DNA of 64,000 nt from Clostridia bacterium (lineage in GTDB: Bacteria; Bacillota; Clostridia; Christensenellales; UBA3700), in contig JAIDUV010000026.1 of the NCBI GenBank assembly GCA_029060025.1, forward strand, positions 29,260-93,259, in the 5' to 3' direction. The translations under genes were made by a program, and so were the position numbers. Under the pieces are notes generated by a model, which saw only the letters and a list, made by a program, of their open reading frames with translations, did not search any database and was not told the origin of the DNA. Of the stretch, positions 44,205 to 53,633 are shown one piece after another. Position 1 is the first letter of the stretch. Every line of letters begins with the position of its first letter.

Positions 44205-44675
44205 CTAGTTGATAGACAATACTTTAACTTTGTAAGAATTGTCGCCCAATTCTACGATAGCTTCCTCGCCCTTTTTCTTACCGATAATTGCTACGGCAAG
44301 CGGTGATTCATTGCTGATCTTATTTTCCAAAATAGACGCTTCGGTAGTACCCACAATGGTATATTCGCTCTCTTCGTCCTCCGAATAATCGTAAATCTTG
44401 ACCTTGCAACCTGCTACTACGACGCCTTGCTTACCCTCGGTGTCCTTAATGATTTCGGCATTGTCTAATTGAGCCTGTATCATCAAAATTTCCGCTTCAA
44501 CTTGCGCTTGGTAGTCCTTTGCCGCGTCGTACTCTGCATTTTCCGACAAGTCGCCGAAACCTCTTGCAATTCTGATTCTCTCGCTTGCGTCGGCTCTGTC
44601 TACGTTGATTAAATGCTCCAATTTCTTTTTTAGATTGTCATATCCTTCTTGTGTAACGAAGTATTTCTTTTCCAT
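44205..44675 (-). CDS. greA: transcription elongation factor GreA
   Basis: 156 aa. RIRIARGFGDLSENAEYDAAKDYQAQVEAEI coiled-coil with the acidic tip, then the C-terminal FKBP-like domain. Confidence 0.92.
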   Translation of the reverse strand: MEKKYFVTQEGYDNLKKKLEHLINVDRADASERIRIARGFGDLSENAEYDAAKDYQAQVEAEILMIQAQLDNAEIIKDTEGKQGVVVAGCKVKIYDYSEDEESEYTIVGTTEASILENKISNESPLAVAIIGKKKGEEAIVELGDNSYKVKVLSIN

Positions 44676-44705
44676 ATATCCTCCTCGCCTAACGGCTTAT
44701 TCACT

Positions 44706-45317
44706 TTATTTATTATTTTTACTGCGGAAACTCAAGACGTAAAGGCTTTCGCTCATAGAGATATTTTCTACGGTTACGCCCTCGGGCACTTCAAGCTCTA
44801 CCGGGGCAAAGTTCCATATCGATTTTACTCCATACTTAATAAGCGCGTCGGCTACGCTCTTTGCCGAATCCTTTTGAGTGGCAATAATTGCTATATCTAC
44901 GTTATTTTGCTTTAGATATGATTGCAAAAAGTCCATTTCATAGACCTTGATACCGTTGATAGACGTACAACGCGGGTCTATGTCAAACAACGCTCTCACT
45001 AAAAATCCGTCGTCAACAAAGCCTTTGTACCCCGCCAACGCTCTGCCGATATTGCCCGCGCCGACTATAATCATATCGTATTCTTTATCAAGACCGAGTA
45101 TTACGGCAAGTTCGTTCTTGAGCTTTACGACGTCATAGCCGTACCCTTGTTGACCGAAACCACCGAAATTGCACAAATCCTGCCTTACTTGCGACGCAGT
45201 GATATTTAGCACACTTGCAATCTTATTGGACGACACTCTGGTAACTCCGCTGTCCGCAAGCTGTTTGATATGTCTATAATAGCGTGGCAAACGCTTGATG
45301 ACCGCCTCCGAAATCAT
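44706..45317 (-). CDS. rex: redox-sensing transcriptional repressor Rex
   Basis: IKRLPRYYRHIKQL.., QVRQDLCNFGGFGQQGYGYDV, Rossmann IVGAGNIGRAL. Confidence 0.9.
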   Translation of the reverse strand: MISEAVIKRLPRYYRHIKQLADSGVTRVSSNKIASVLNITASQVRQDLCNFGGFGQQGYGYDVVKLKNELAVILGLDKEYDMIIVGAGNIGRALAGYKGFVDDGFLVRALFDIDPRCTSINGIKVYEMDFLQSYLKQNNVDIAIIATQKDSAKSVADALIKYGVKSIWNFAPVELEVPEGVTVENISMSESLYVLSFRSKNNK

Positions 45318-45465
45318 AAGTCCTCCTCATCGACATACGCAGTATGTCTTGTATATTTTAATAAAAGCAATAGCGATTTGTCAATAGTTTTTTGCCAAAT
45401 ATGCGGAAAATCAACCTATAATCTAAGATAATTGCATAAAAGCAAGTCGTACCCTATGCCACGGC

Positions 45466-45493
45466 TTGACAGCGCAGTTGTTCGTATTATAAA
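45466..45493 (+). promoter_or_regulatory. near-consensus promoter positioned for a leaderless transcript
   Basis: TTGACA (45466-45471), 16-nt spacer, TATAAA (45488-45493). The ATG at 45502 lies 8 nt after the -10 element and no SD lies between them. Confidence 0.5.
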
Positions 45494-45501
45494 ATTGATA
45501 T

Positions 45502-45759
45502 ATGAAGATTTGGGCAAGACTGATTACAAACGATAAAATTCAAAAAGATTTAATATATAATTCTCCTCTTAAACTCACTCCTCACAACTACGAAGAGTGG
45601 CTAAGAGATATTTGTCACCAACTAGACGTTCCCAATCCCGTTCTTCTCAATCACCATTACAAGAACTTTGTCAACTTCCACAATACCAAGTTCAAGCAAG
45701 ACGACTTTGTGGAAACTCTAGAATACGACGTATTGATTGTAGAAGATTGTAAGGAATAA
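45502..45759 (+). CDS. hypothetical protein, 85 aa
   Basis: Clean ORF with its own promoter. I recognise no family (MKIWARLITNDKIQKDLIYNSPLKLTPHNYEEWLRDICHQLDVPNPVLLNHHY..). Confidence 0.55.
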   Translation: MKIWARLITNDKIQKDLIYNSPLKLTPHNYEEWLRDICHQLDVPNPVLLNHHYKNFVNFHNTKFKQDDFVETLEYDVLIVEDCKE

Positions 45760-45817
45760 AGGCCCTATTAGATAAATACTCTTGTTGAATGCTCTTACTT
45801 TTTTCATAGATATTCTC

Positions 45818-46366
45818 CTATACTATTATTCTATATTCTTGTATAACTAATTGACTTATATTTTCAATTGACTTTTTATTGACTTCAATTACCCATACAT
45901 AGTTTGTCGCTTCGCACGGTAACTGCTCGTGTTCATAATCCGGTTCTTCATCATTGCAAAGTATATTAATAATCAAGCTATTATCTTTAATTTTCAGATT
46001 TCCAAATTCAAAGTCCCAAAAGCCTTCTGACATATGTTTACCAACCACTAATAATGATTTGGTTCTAAAAAATTTCTTATCATAACTTCTGAATTGTTTA
46101 TATAGGTCGCGATTATAATCAAAATCATTTTTATCGTTAATCGACATTTTTTTATTATCGCAAAACTCTATCAATTGATCAAACTCAACTATCTTTTCAA
46201 CAAAGTCAGAATAAAAACTGATACCGTCAGACTTATTATTATCAAAATACGTGACGTCATAAGATAAATTGTCGTCTGAATCCTTATTGCACGCGCAAAG
46301 CATAGTAAATGTAAGTACACATAAAATACATACTATAATAGAACTTTTTGTAAAACTTCTCTTCAT
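45818..46366 (-). CDS. lipoprotein, paralog 1 of 3 (unknown family)
   Basis: Signal peptide plus lipobox (TMLCAC). By eye it shares roughly one-third of its residues with the two upstream paralogs, including FFR(T/S)K(S/A)L..V, FGNLK(I/V)KD..LI(I/V)NIL and Y(V)(W/Y)(V/L)IE(V/I)NK. Confidence 0.75.
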   Translation of the reverse strand: MKRSFTKSSIIVCILCVLTFTMLCACNKDSDDNLSYDVTYFDNNKSDGISFYSDFVEKIVEFDQLIEFCDNKKMSINDKNDFDYNRDLYKQFRSYDKKFFRTKSLLVVGKHMSEGFWDFEFGNLKIKDNSLIINILCNDEEPDYEHEQLPCEATNYVWVIEVNKKSIENISQLVIQEYRIIV

Positions 46367-46379
46367 AGTTGCTTCTTCT

Positions 46380-46913
46380 CTAATTCAGATTGTTATACTC
46401 TTTAACTATTATTTGACTTCTATCGCCAATTAAACTCTTATTGATTTCAATTAAATATACGTAAGCCTCCGTTTCGTCCGGATAATACACACTATTGTCA
46501 TAAGGATTGTATTCGCTAAGTATATTTACTATTAGTCTATCGTCTTTTACTGTCAAGTTGCCGAATTTCAAGCCAAACGGGTGCGGTTTTTCTATATATA
46601 CAATAATTAATGCTTTACTTCTGAAAAATCTTTTATTATACTCTCTTAATTTCTTATATAATTCGCTGTCATAACTCAAATCCTTCTCGTCATAAATTGA
46701 CACGCCTTTCTCATCGCATAGCTTAGTAAATTCGGAATAACTATCTATCCTTTGCGCAAAGTCCGACGAATTACTCATTGTTTGGATAAAACTTTCAACG
46801 TCGTAATAGAAACCGCCATTATCATTATCCTTATTGCACGCCGAAAGCGGAGCAACTATAATTGCGCATAACAGACATACCGTACATACTATCTTAATAA
46901 AATTCTTTTTCAT
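46380..46913 (-). CDS. lipoprotein, paralog 2 of 3
   Basis: Lipobox APLSAC. The mature region differs from paralog 3 at 13 of 152 positions. Confidence 0.8.
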   Translation of the reverse strand: MKKNFIKIVCTVCLLCAIIVAPLSACNKDNDNGGFYYDVESFIQTMSNSSDFAQRIDSYSEFTKLCDEKGVSIYDEKDLSYDSELYKKLREYNKRFFRSKALIIVYIEKPHPFGLKFGNLTVKDDRLIVNILSEYNPYDNSVYYPDETEAYVYLIEINKSLIGDRSQIIVKEYNNLN

Positions 46914-47388
46914 AACTTAGTCACCTTAAATTAAGATTGTTATACTCTTTGACGATTATTTGACTTCTATCGCCAATTAAACTCTTATTGATTTCAATTA
47001 AATATACGTAATCTTCCTCTGCGCACGGATAATGCACACTATTGTCATAAGGATTGTATTCGCTAAGTATATTTACTATTAGTCTATCGTCTTTTACTGT
47101 CAAGTTGCCGAATTTCAAGCCAAACGGATACGATTTTTCTATATATACAATAATTAATGCTTTACTTCTGAAAAATCCTTTATTATACTCCCTTAATTTC
47201 TTATATAATTCGTTGTCATAACTCCAATCCTTCTCGTCATAAATTGACACGCCTTTCTCATCGCATAGCTTAGTAAATTCGGAATAGCTATCTATCCTTT
47301 GCGCAAAGTCCGACGAATTACTTATTTTTTGGATAAAACTTTCAACGTCGTAATAGAAACCGCCGTTATCGTTATCCTTACTGCATGC
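46380..47388. repeat. tandem direct duplication (about 545-550-nt period) covering the mature parts of two lipoprotein genes
   Basis: Long stretches are identical between 46380-46838 and 46921-47388 (e.g. ..tattgtcataaggattgtattcgctaagtatatttactattagtctatcgtcttttactgtcaagttgccgaatttcaagccaaacgg..). Confidence 0.85.
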
Positions 47389-47460
47389 CGAAAGCGTAGC
47401 AATCATTAGAATGCAAATAAGACATGCCAAGCCGGAAATCTTCAAGAACTTTTTATTCAT
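46921..47460 (-). CDS. lipoprotein, paralog 3 of 3
   Basis: Lipobox ATLSAC. Start set to ATG 47460 (MNKKFLK..), which has GGGAGAG upstream. The track start at 47475 is a GTG inside the RBS. Confidence 0.8.
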   Translation of the reverse strand: MNKKFLKISGLACLICILMIATLSACSKDNDNGGFYYDVESFIQKISNSSDFAQRIDSYSEFTKLCDEKGVSIYDEKDWSYDNELYKKLREYNKGFFRSKALIIVYIEKSYPFGLKFGNLTVKDDRLIVNILSEYNPYDNSVHYPCAEEDYVYLIEINKSLIGDRSQIIVKEYNNLNLR

Positions 47461-47493
47461 AACGTTCTCTCCCACGCGTTTTACTTTGTGATA

Positions 47494-48522
47494 TTACACT
47501 TCCTTTTTATTAAACCGCTTGTAGCTGAACCACATAAACAACGCGCACCACAAGAGCGTGATAGGTATCATTCCCCAGATACTCATACCCTTAAATATCG
47601 TGCCATCTACCGATATTCCGCTCGACCAATCAAGGTTGGCTAGGAAGCCTAGATAGCCTACGTACGGAACAGCCAAGACGTACTCTACCCAAGTGCCGAA
47701 GCTAAAGAACAAGAAGAGCAAACACAGCACGATTGACTTGCCGTAAGTATTGCAAAGCGAACAAATAAACATAGTGGCTTGAGTTAAGGCAAATACTTGT
47801 ACCATATTAATCAAAAGCGTTACCATAAGCGCGCCCATTGGCGGAAGCACCGTCACTACAGAACCCGCAACGAAAGCAACGTTAAGCGCATTGGGTCCGT
47901 AAAGAATAAGCCCCAAGATAAGCGATAAGAAGAATGATATTAAAGTCAAAGCCTCCGCTACTATTACTACGCTAAGCCACTTGGCGGTAAAGAACTTGTT
48001 CTTATTGAGCGGTCTTAGAAATTGCATCTTCATTGCTCCGCTTGCATATTCCCCACTTGTCGTCCTACAACAAGCGACAATCAAGAAAATTATTACCACG
48101 TTCATAAGCATGCTCATACAAAGGTTGGTAAAAGAAAATACGTCAAAGCTTAAAATTCCCAAACTATTCGTACCGGAATAAGCCATAACGCTACCCGACG
48201 TCACGTTGTGAGATTTGAGATATTCTAGGATAGCAATTCTCGCCTTGTAACCCGCCACCCCGTTGGTGACGATTAGTTTGTCTATCCAACTGCCTGAAGA
48301 TTGTAGCATCTCCATTTCAGCTTTAAGCGTAGCTATTTGCGCGTCATAATCTGCAAGTCCTTGAGAGATAACGGCGCCCGAAAGAACGCTTTGCAACACA
48401 GCCGACAACGCAGTCATGGCAAGCGCAATGACGACAACGGCGATAGCAAGTTTCAACAAAGTATGCTTACGATTGATTTTATAAAATTCACAATACAAAA
48501 GGTTAGACATCTTATTGTTCAT
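47494..48522 (-). CDS. ABC-2 type transporter permease
   Basis: 342 aa: N-terminal TM helix, a large extracytoplasmic loop, then about five further TM segments. ATGA-type overlap with the upstream ATPase gene. Confidence 0.7.
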   Translation of the reverse strand: MNNKMSNLLYCEFYKINRKHTLLKLAIAVVVIALAMTALSAVLQSVLSGAVISQGLADYDAQIATLKAEMEMLQSSGSWIDKLIVTNGVAGYKARIAILEYLKSHNVTSGSVMAYSGTNSLGILSFDVFSFTNLCMSMLMNVVIIFLIVACCRTTSGEYASGAMKMQFLRPLNKNKFFTAKWLSVVIVAEALTLISFFLSLILGLILYGPNALNVAFVAGSVVTVLPPMGALMVTLLINMVQVFALTQATMFICSLCNTYGKSIVLCLLFLFFSFGTWVEYVLAVPYVGYLGFLANLDWSSGISVDGTIFKGMSIWGMIPITLLWCALFMWFSYKRFNKKEV

Positions 48523-49448
48523 TATTTAGATACCTCCTTGTATAGGTCTTCCAAGCTTCTCTTTAGCTTGTTAACGGTGAATACAACAATATCGTTCTGT
48601 ACCAAAGTCTTGACAATATCTCCCACTTGCTCCTGATTTACTATTACCACGAGAGCGTTGTTTTGCAAGCTCGTCTGCAATCCCTGCTGGCTAATCAGTT
48701 CGCTTGCCTTTTGCAAATCGCTACATTCGATGGCGAACTTACGCATAGAATCCACGCCGTAATTGACTTCTTCCATGCTCTTGACGGCCTTTATCTCGCC
48801 GTTTGCCATAAAAGCAACTCTATCGCAAGTCTGTTGCATTTCGCCGAGTATATGCGAAGAAATTATTATAGTCGTACCCATTTGTTTTTTGAGATTAAGG
48901 AACAAATCGCGCATTTGTGCGATACCGTCGGGATCAAGTCCGTTGGTAGGCTCGTCGAGAAGCAATAACTTTGGCGAGTGCATAATTGCTTGCGCAATGC
49001 CAAGTCTTTGGCGCATACCTAAAGAATAAGTCTTAAACTTGTCTTTTATTCTATCTTCCAAACCGACTAGAGCAACTATTGACTTCAATCTTTCTTCGCT
49101 CAAATTAACGCCTTGCAACCTAGCGTAGTACTTTAGATTGTCCATACCCGAAAAGTCATTAAAAAGCGTAGGAGCTTCGACTATCGCTCCCACTTGAGCG
49201 AGAGCCTTTTCTCTAGACGCGGACACGTCAAAACCGCCTATGGTAATACTTCCGCTGTCCGGAGTGACGAGCCCGAGCATAAGTTTGATAAGCGTGGTTT
49301 TTCCCGCGCCGTTAGCGCCCAAAAGACCGAGTATCTCGCCCTCTTCGACGTCTAAAGTAGCATGCGATACAGCCGTGATTGGCATACCCTTCTTGCGACC
49401 TTTTGGCTTGTACGTCTTTGATACGTCATTGATTTCTATTAATCTCAT
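48522..49448 (-). CDS. ABC transporter ATP-binding protein (ABC-2/CcmA-type, with a C-terminal extension)
   Basis: GANGAGKTT, YSLGMRQRLGIAQA, LLLLDEPTNGLD. Start set to ATG 49448 (MRLIEIND..), with AAGGA 5 nt upstream. Confidence 0.9.
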   Translation of the reverse strand: MRLIEINDVSKTYKPKGRKKGMPITAVSHATLDVEEGEILGLLGANGAGKTTLIKLMLGLVTPDSGSITIGGFDVSASREKALAQVGAIVEAPTLFNDFSGMDNLKYYARLQGVNLSEERLKSIVALVGLEDRIKDKFKTYSLGMRQRLGIAQAIMHSPKLLLLDEPTNGLDPDGIAQMRDLFLNLKKQMGTTIIISSHILGEMQQTCDRVAFMANGEIKAVKSMEEVNYGVDSMRKFAIECSDLQKASELISQQGLQTSLQNNALVVIVNQEQVGDIVKTLVQNDIVVFTVNKLKRSLEDLYKEVSK

Positions 49449-49614
49449 ATTCATCCTTCCCACCGACTTGTGCCGGTAAACTTTGTCCCCACAATATTTT
49501 GTGTTTTGAAAATTTGGGGTCAAATTGTCTTTTTATTTTTTTTTAGGTATGATATATTATATTATGATTTAATTATATTCTAACATACTCAAATTGACTT
49601 TTCAAGGAGAAAAT

Positions 49615-51030
49615 ATGAATTTCTGCACAATGTCAAAGGACAGCGAAACGGGAGTTGTATTGCTCGATAAGAGCTTCGTCGTCAACTATCTTCCCGAATG
49701 TAGTGAAAAACAGCTCAAAATCTATCTTTTGGGTTTGACTTTGTGTTCTCAACCGCAAGAAAACGACATCTCCTTTATCTGCGACGCGCTGTCTATGACA
49801 CAAGAGGAAATAGAGGGCGTATTCGGCGAACTTGCCGATATGGGTCTGGTAAACATAACGTGCTACTCGCCTTTTGCGGTCACGTACAGGAATATTCGCT
49901 CTACCTTTGCAAAACACTACAAAAAGGAAAAATACACAGATTTCAATGCCCAACTCGAAGCGCTTTTCCCTTCCGTAGCCTTTACCAATATCAATCAATA
50001 TACCGTCTATTACGATTTCATTGAGGAAACCAAAATCAAACCCGAAGTCCTCATTACTATTGCGAGATATTGCGTAAATCTTAAAGGCGAAAAGATAAAA
50101 GCTAATTACATAATAGCCGTAGCGCGCGATTGGCTTAACGAGGGCGTACGCACTCTTGCCGACGTGGACGAAAAAATCAAACAACTAGAACTCTCGAGCG
50201 AAGCCTTGAGAATGATATGCAAAGCCGTAGGTAAAAAGTCCGAGATAGATATCGAAGATAAGAACGCTTACCTAAAATGGACGGGAAGTTGGGGCTTTGA
50301 ACTCGACGCAATTCTCTATGCGTCAAAATCCCTCAAAAATAAAGGCGGTTTTGCAAAACTCAACAACGTACTCGACGAATTTTATCGCAACAACGCTATG
50401 AGCGCAAAAGAAATGGAAGCGTATCTTGCTGGCAAGCAGGCAATGTATCAACTTGCCTATGACGTCAACAAAACTCTCGGAGTATACTATGAAAACGTCG
50501 AATATATTGTGGAAAAGTATATATCGGGATGGTTGCAAAAAGGCTTTGACAAGAACGCAATATTACTTGTAGCAGAATACTGTTTCAATAAGTCCATACG
50601 CTCTTTAGAGGGAATGAATAAATGTATTGTCAAGTTCTACAGTCAAGGTTGCGTAAGCGTAGAGGCTATCAACGAGCATTTGGCTAGTATTATGCAACGC
50701 GATATGCAAATCAAGAAAATCATAGAACTCACAGGCTTTTCTCGCAACGTCAACAACAACGACAGAGATATGTATAGAGTATGGAGCGAACAGTGGAATT
50801 TTGACGATAACATGATAGAATACGGCGCAAGCGTATGCCAAGGCAAACAGCTTTTTGCGCTTAATAACTTGCTCGCCAAGTGGAAAAATTCCAATATCTA
50901 TACGATTGACGAAGCTAAGCATTTCGCTTATAACTCGACTGCTTGTACCGCTCAACCTGCGCCGTCTTACAGTAAGGAACAACTCTCCGAGTTTTTCTAC
51001 TCTCTCGACGATTTGGACGATATAGAATAA
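49615..51030 (+). CDS. replication initiation/membrane attachment protein, DnaB/DnaD-domain family
   Basis: N-terminal winged-helix (LKIYLLGLTLCSQ..MTQEEIEGVFGELADMGLV), then four DnaB_2-like repeats (e.g. ITIARYCVNLKGEKIKANYIIAVARDWLNEGVRTLADV). Followed by a dnaI-like gene. Start ATG 49615 with AAGGAGA. Confidence 0.75.
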   Translation: MNFCTMSKDSETGVVLLDKSFVVNYLPECSEKQLKIYLLGLTLCSQPQENDISFICDALSMTQEEIEGVFGELADMGLVNITCYSPFAVTYRNIRSTFAKHYKKEKYTDFNAQLEALFPSVAFTNINQYTVYYDFIEETKIKPEVLITIARYCVNLKGEKIKANYIIAVARDWLNEGVRTLADVDEKIKQLELSSEALRMICKAVGKKSEIDIEDKNAYLKWTGSWGFELDAILYASKSLKNKGGFAKLNNVLDEFYRNNAMSAKEMEAYLAGKQAMYQLAYDVNKTLGVYYENVEYIVEKYISGWLQKGFDKNAILLVAEYCFNKSIRSLEGMNKCIVKFYSQGCVSVEAINEHLASIMQRDMQIKKIIELTGFSRNVNNNDRDMYRVWSEQWNFDDNMIEYGASVCQGKQLFALNNLLAKWKNSNIYTIDEAKHFAYNSTACTAQPAPSYSKEQLSEFFYSLDDLDDIE

Positions 51031-51034
51031 ACTT

Positions 51035-51967
51035 ATGATAAATTATTTTAATCAACAACTTCAAAGCATTTATGCGTCGAAAAAAGCCTTGGCAAAAGAT
51101 ATTGCGCAAAGAGAAAACAAGGCTTTGCTTGATTTGCACCCAAAATTCCAAGAATTGCTTAAAACCAAAAAGCAAGTAGAACTAAATATAGTCAAGACAA
51201 AATCAAAGGGAATCGATACCGCAGATTTGCAAAACTCGCTTGATAATATAAACGATGATATAAAGGGATACGCAATGCAAAATAATCTGCGTTTTACCCC
51301 CCCATATCTTTGTCCACACTGCAAAGACGCGGGATATATAGACGGCAAGCCGTGCGAATGTCTTAACCGCGAGTATTCGTCATTGATAAAAGAAAATTCG
51401 TCGCTTACAGTTTTGCAAAAGTTTAGCTTCAACGACAATAAGTTGGGAGAAATGGATATACCTCAAGCTAAAGGAATGAACAAACTTTACTCTATAATGC
51501 AAAGCAAAGTTTGCGGGGATTTCGAGAGGTGTAAGTGGAGCAACTTTATGCTCTCGGGCGCAAGCGGAGTGGGCAAAACCTGTCTTGCTTTAGCGACGGC
51601 AAACGCTTTGCTAGAGTCGGGCGTGAGCGTATTTTATCTATCGGCGTTTGAATTTGTCAATATTTTCTTGGACAAGCACACGCATAAGCAAACTGCTTTG
51701 GCAAGAAAAGCCGAATATATCAACGAGTGCGAAATGCTGATAATCGACAATTTCGGCGAAGAACCAATCTACAAAAACGTCACTTTGGAATATCTATTCT
51801 CAACTCTTGATAAACGAATGGCTAACAATAAAAAGACTTTTATCTGCACCCAACTCGGCGCGGGAGCTTTGATTAGTCGCTACGGCGAAGCATTTTTATC
51901 TAAATTCACAGACAAAAAGTACTCCCTAAGCGTGGGATATATCACGGGAGAAAATTTGAGGAAATAG
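51035..51967 (+). CDS. helicase loader, DnaI/DnaC (IstB-like AAA+) family
   Basis: N-terminal zinc module CPHCKDAGYIDGKPCEC. Walker A SGASGVGKTCLA. Walker B LIIDNFG. Confidence 0.75.
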   Translation: MINYFNQQLQSIYASKKALAKDIAQRENKALLDLHPKFQELLKTKKQVELNIVKTKSKGIDTADLQNSLDNINDDIKGYAMQNNLRFTPPYLCPHCKDAGYIDGKPCECLNREYSSLIKENSSLTVLQKFSFNDNKLGEMDIPQAKGMNKLYSIMQSKVCGDFERCKWSNFMLSGASGVGKTCLALATANALLESGVSVFYLSAFEFVNIFLDKHTHKQTALARKAEYINECEMLIIDNFGEEPIYKNVTLEYLFSTLDKRMANNKKTFICTQLGAGALISRYGEAFLSKFTDKKYSLSVGYITGENLRK

Positions 51968-52006
51968 TAAAAGCAAAGGATTTATCAGTAATAAATAGCG
52001 GTGTAT

Positions 52007-52033
52007 CATTCTGATACACCGCTTTAATTTAAT
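52007..52033 (+). terminator. Rho-independent terminator after the dnaI-like gene
   Basis: agcggtgtatc (52007-52017) pairs with gatacaccgct (52023-52033), an 11-bp stem, followed by ttaattt. Confidence 0.7.
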
Positions 52034-52048
52034 CATTATTAAATAATT

Positions 52049-52076
52049 AAAAACGCATTTTAGATTTGCCTAGCCT
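52049..52076. repeat. family A repeat, solo right-end fragment (copy 5)
   Basis: aaaaacgcattttagatttgcctagcct matches the right end of copies 1-3. It ends exactly at the gpmI stop codon (52077-52079). Confidence 0.6.
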
Positions 52077-53621
52077 CTATTTGAGTCGAACAACCAAACT
52101 CTCACCCGTCATTTCTTTAGGTTGCTCTATACCCATAATATCAAGCATGGTAGGAGCTATATCGCAGAGTTTACCGCCGTTCTTAAGAGCTTTTACGCCG
52201 TCAGCGCCGATAACTACGAAAGGTACGGGATTGGTGGTGTGCGCGGTAAACGGAGCTTTGGTATCCAAATCGAACATATAGTCGCAGTTGCCGTGGTCTG
52301 CCGTGAGCAACGCTTGACCGCCGACTTCTTTTATAGCATCAAGGACCTTTTTGACGCATTCGTCGGTGACTTTGACTGCTTTCTTTGCCGCATCCATTAC
52401 GCCGGTATGTCCTACCATATCGCAGTTGGCAAAATTGAGAATCATTACGTCGTACTTACCGCTCTTGATAACCTCGCAGGCCTTGTCGCATACTTCGTAC
52501 GCGCTCATTTCCGGCTTCATATCAAAGGTGGCAATCTTAGGCGAGTCTATGAGTATTCTGTCCTCATTGGGGTTGGGAGCTTCCACACCGCCGTTGAAGA
52601 AGAAAGTCACGTGAGCGTACTTTTGCGTTTCGGCAATTCTAAATTGTCTAATACCCTTTTTGGAGAGATATTCGCCTAGAGTGTTATAGTAGCGCTCTTT
52701 TTTGAAAGCGACTTCGAGTTTTCCCTCAAAGGTAGCGTCGTAGGTCGTGAACGATACGAACTTGGGAGCTAAAAAGCCTTTTGCTCTCTCAAAGCCGTTG
52801 AAGTCCTCGAAGATAAAACTTCTTGTGATTTGTCTTGCTCTGTCGGGACGGTAGTTGAAGAATACAACGCTATCGCCCTTGTTGATAGTAGCAATCGGCT
52901 TGCCGTTCTCGGTAATGACCGTAGGTAACATAAACTCGTCGGTAACGCCCTTGTCGTAACTGTTTTGCATAGCCTCGACAGCATTACTCTCCATTACGCC
53001 ATCACCGTCTACTAGCGCAGAATACGCTTTGGCAACTCTATCCCAGATATTATCTCTGTCCATTGCGTAAAATCTTCCGCTTATGGTAGCAATCTTACCG
53101 TAGCCTATGTTGGCAAGATAACCGCAAAGGTCTTGGATAAAACCTTTACCGCTGACGGGAGATACGTCTCTGCCGTCCATAAAGCAGTGAATATAGGTAT
53201 TCTTTACGCCCGTTTCCTTTGCCATTTTTATCGTAGCAAAGAGATGCTCCATGTGCGAGTGAACTCCGCCGTCGGAAACAAGTCCCATTATATGAAGACT
53301 CTTGCCGTCTTTTTTCGCATTGTTCATAGCGTCTACTAACGCAGGATTAGCAAAGAAATCGCCGTCGTCAATAGCCTTGCTTATCTTAGGCAAATCTTGA
53401 AATATAACTCTGCCTGCTCCGATATTGAGGTGACCGACTTCGCTATTGCCCATCTGACCTTCGGGAAGTCCGACAGCAAGTCCGCTTGCCGAAAGTTGGG
53501 TGGACGGATTTTGCTCTATTATTTTCATTACTTCGGGAGAAGTTTCGGGAGATATGGCGTTGTTTTCGCCAAACTTGTTTATCCCGTAACCGTCCATTAT
53601 TATAAGTCCTGTAAATTTCAT
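52077..53621 (-). CDS. gpmI: 2,3-bisphosphoglycerate-independent phosphoglycerate mutase
   Basis: LIIMDGYG, GNSEVGHLNIGAGR, SDGGVHSH, ADHGN. 514 aa. Confidence 0.95.
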   Translation of the reverse strand: MKFTGLIIMDGYGINKFGENNAISPETSPEVMKIIEQNPSTQLSASGLAVGLPEGQMGNSEVGHLNIGAGRVIFQDLPKISKAIDDGDFFANPALVDAMNNAKKDGKSLHIMGLVSDGGVHSHMEHLFATIKMAKETGVKNTYIHCFMDGRDVSPVSGKGFIQDLCGYLANIGYGKIATISGRFYAMDRDNIWDRVAKAYSALVDGDGVMESNAVEAMQNSYDKGVTDEFMLPTVITENGKPIATINKGDSVVFFNYRPDRARQITRSFIFEDFNGFERAKGFLAPKFVSFTTYDATFEGKLEVAFKKERYYNTLGEYLSKKGIRQFRIAETQKYAHVTFFFNGGVEAPNPNEDRILIDSPKIATFDMKPEMSAYEVCDKACEVIKSGKYDVMILNFANCDMVGHTGVMDAAKKAVKVTDECVKKVLDAIKEVGGQALLTADHGNCDYMFDLDTKAPFTAHTTNPVPFVVIGADGVKALKNGGKLCDIAPTMLDIMGIEQPKEMTGESLVVRLK

Positions 53622-53633
53622 ATTACACCGTTT

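Noticed and set aside
45331-45347. Hairpin gacatac-gca-gtatgtc upstream of rex as a Rex operator
   Set aside because: It does not resemble the TTGTGAA-N-TTCACAA Rex box and has a 3-nt loop. It is probably incidental, and I found no Rex box in this intergenic region.
46380-47475. Near-identical ~550-nt direct repeat as a CRISPR-like array or DGR template/variable pair
   Set aside because: The period is far too long and there are only two units, which rules out CRISPR. Both units are intact lipoprotein genes. No reverse transcriptase is present, and the differences are not restricted to adenine positions.
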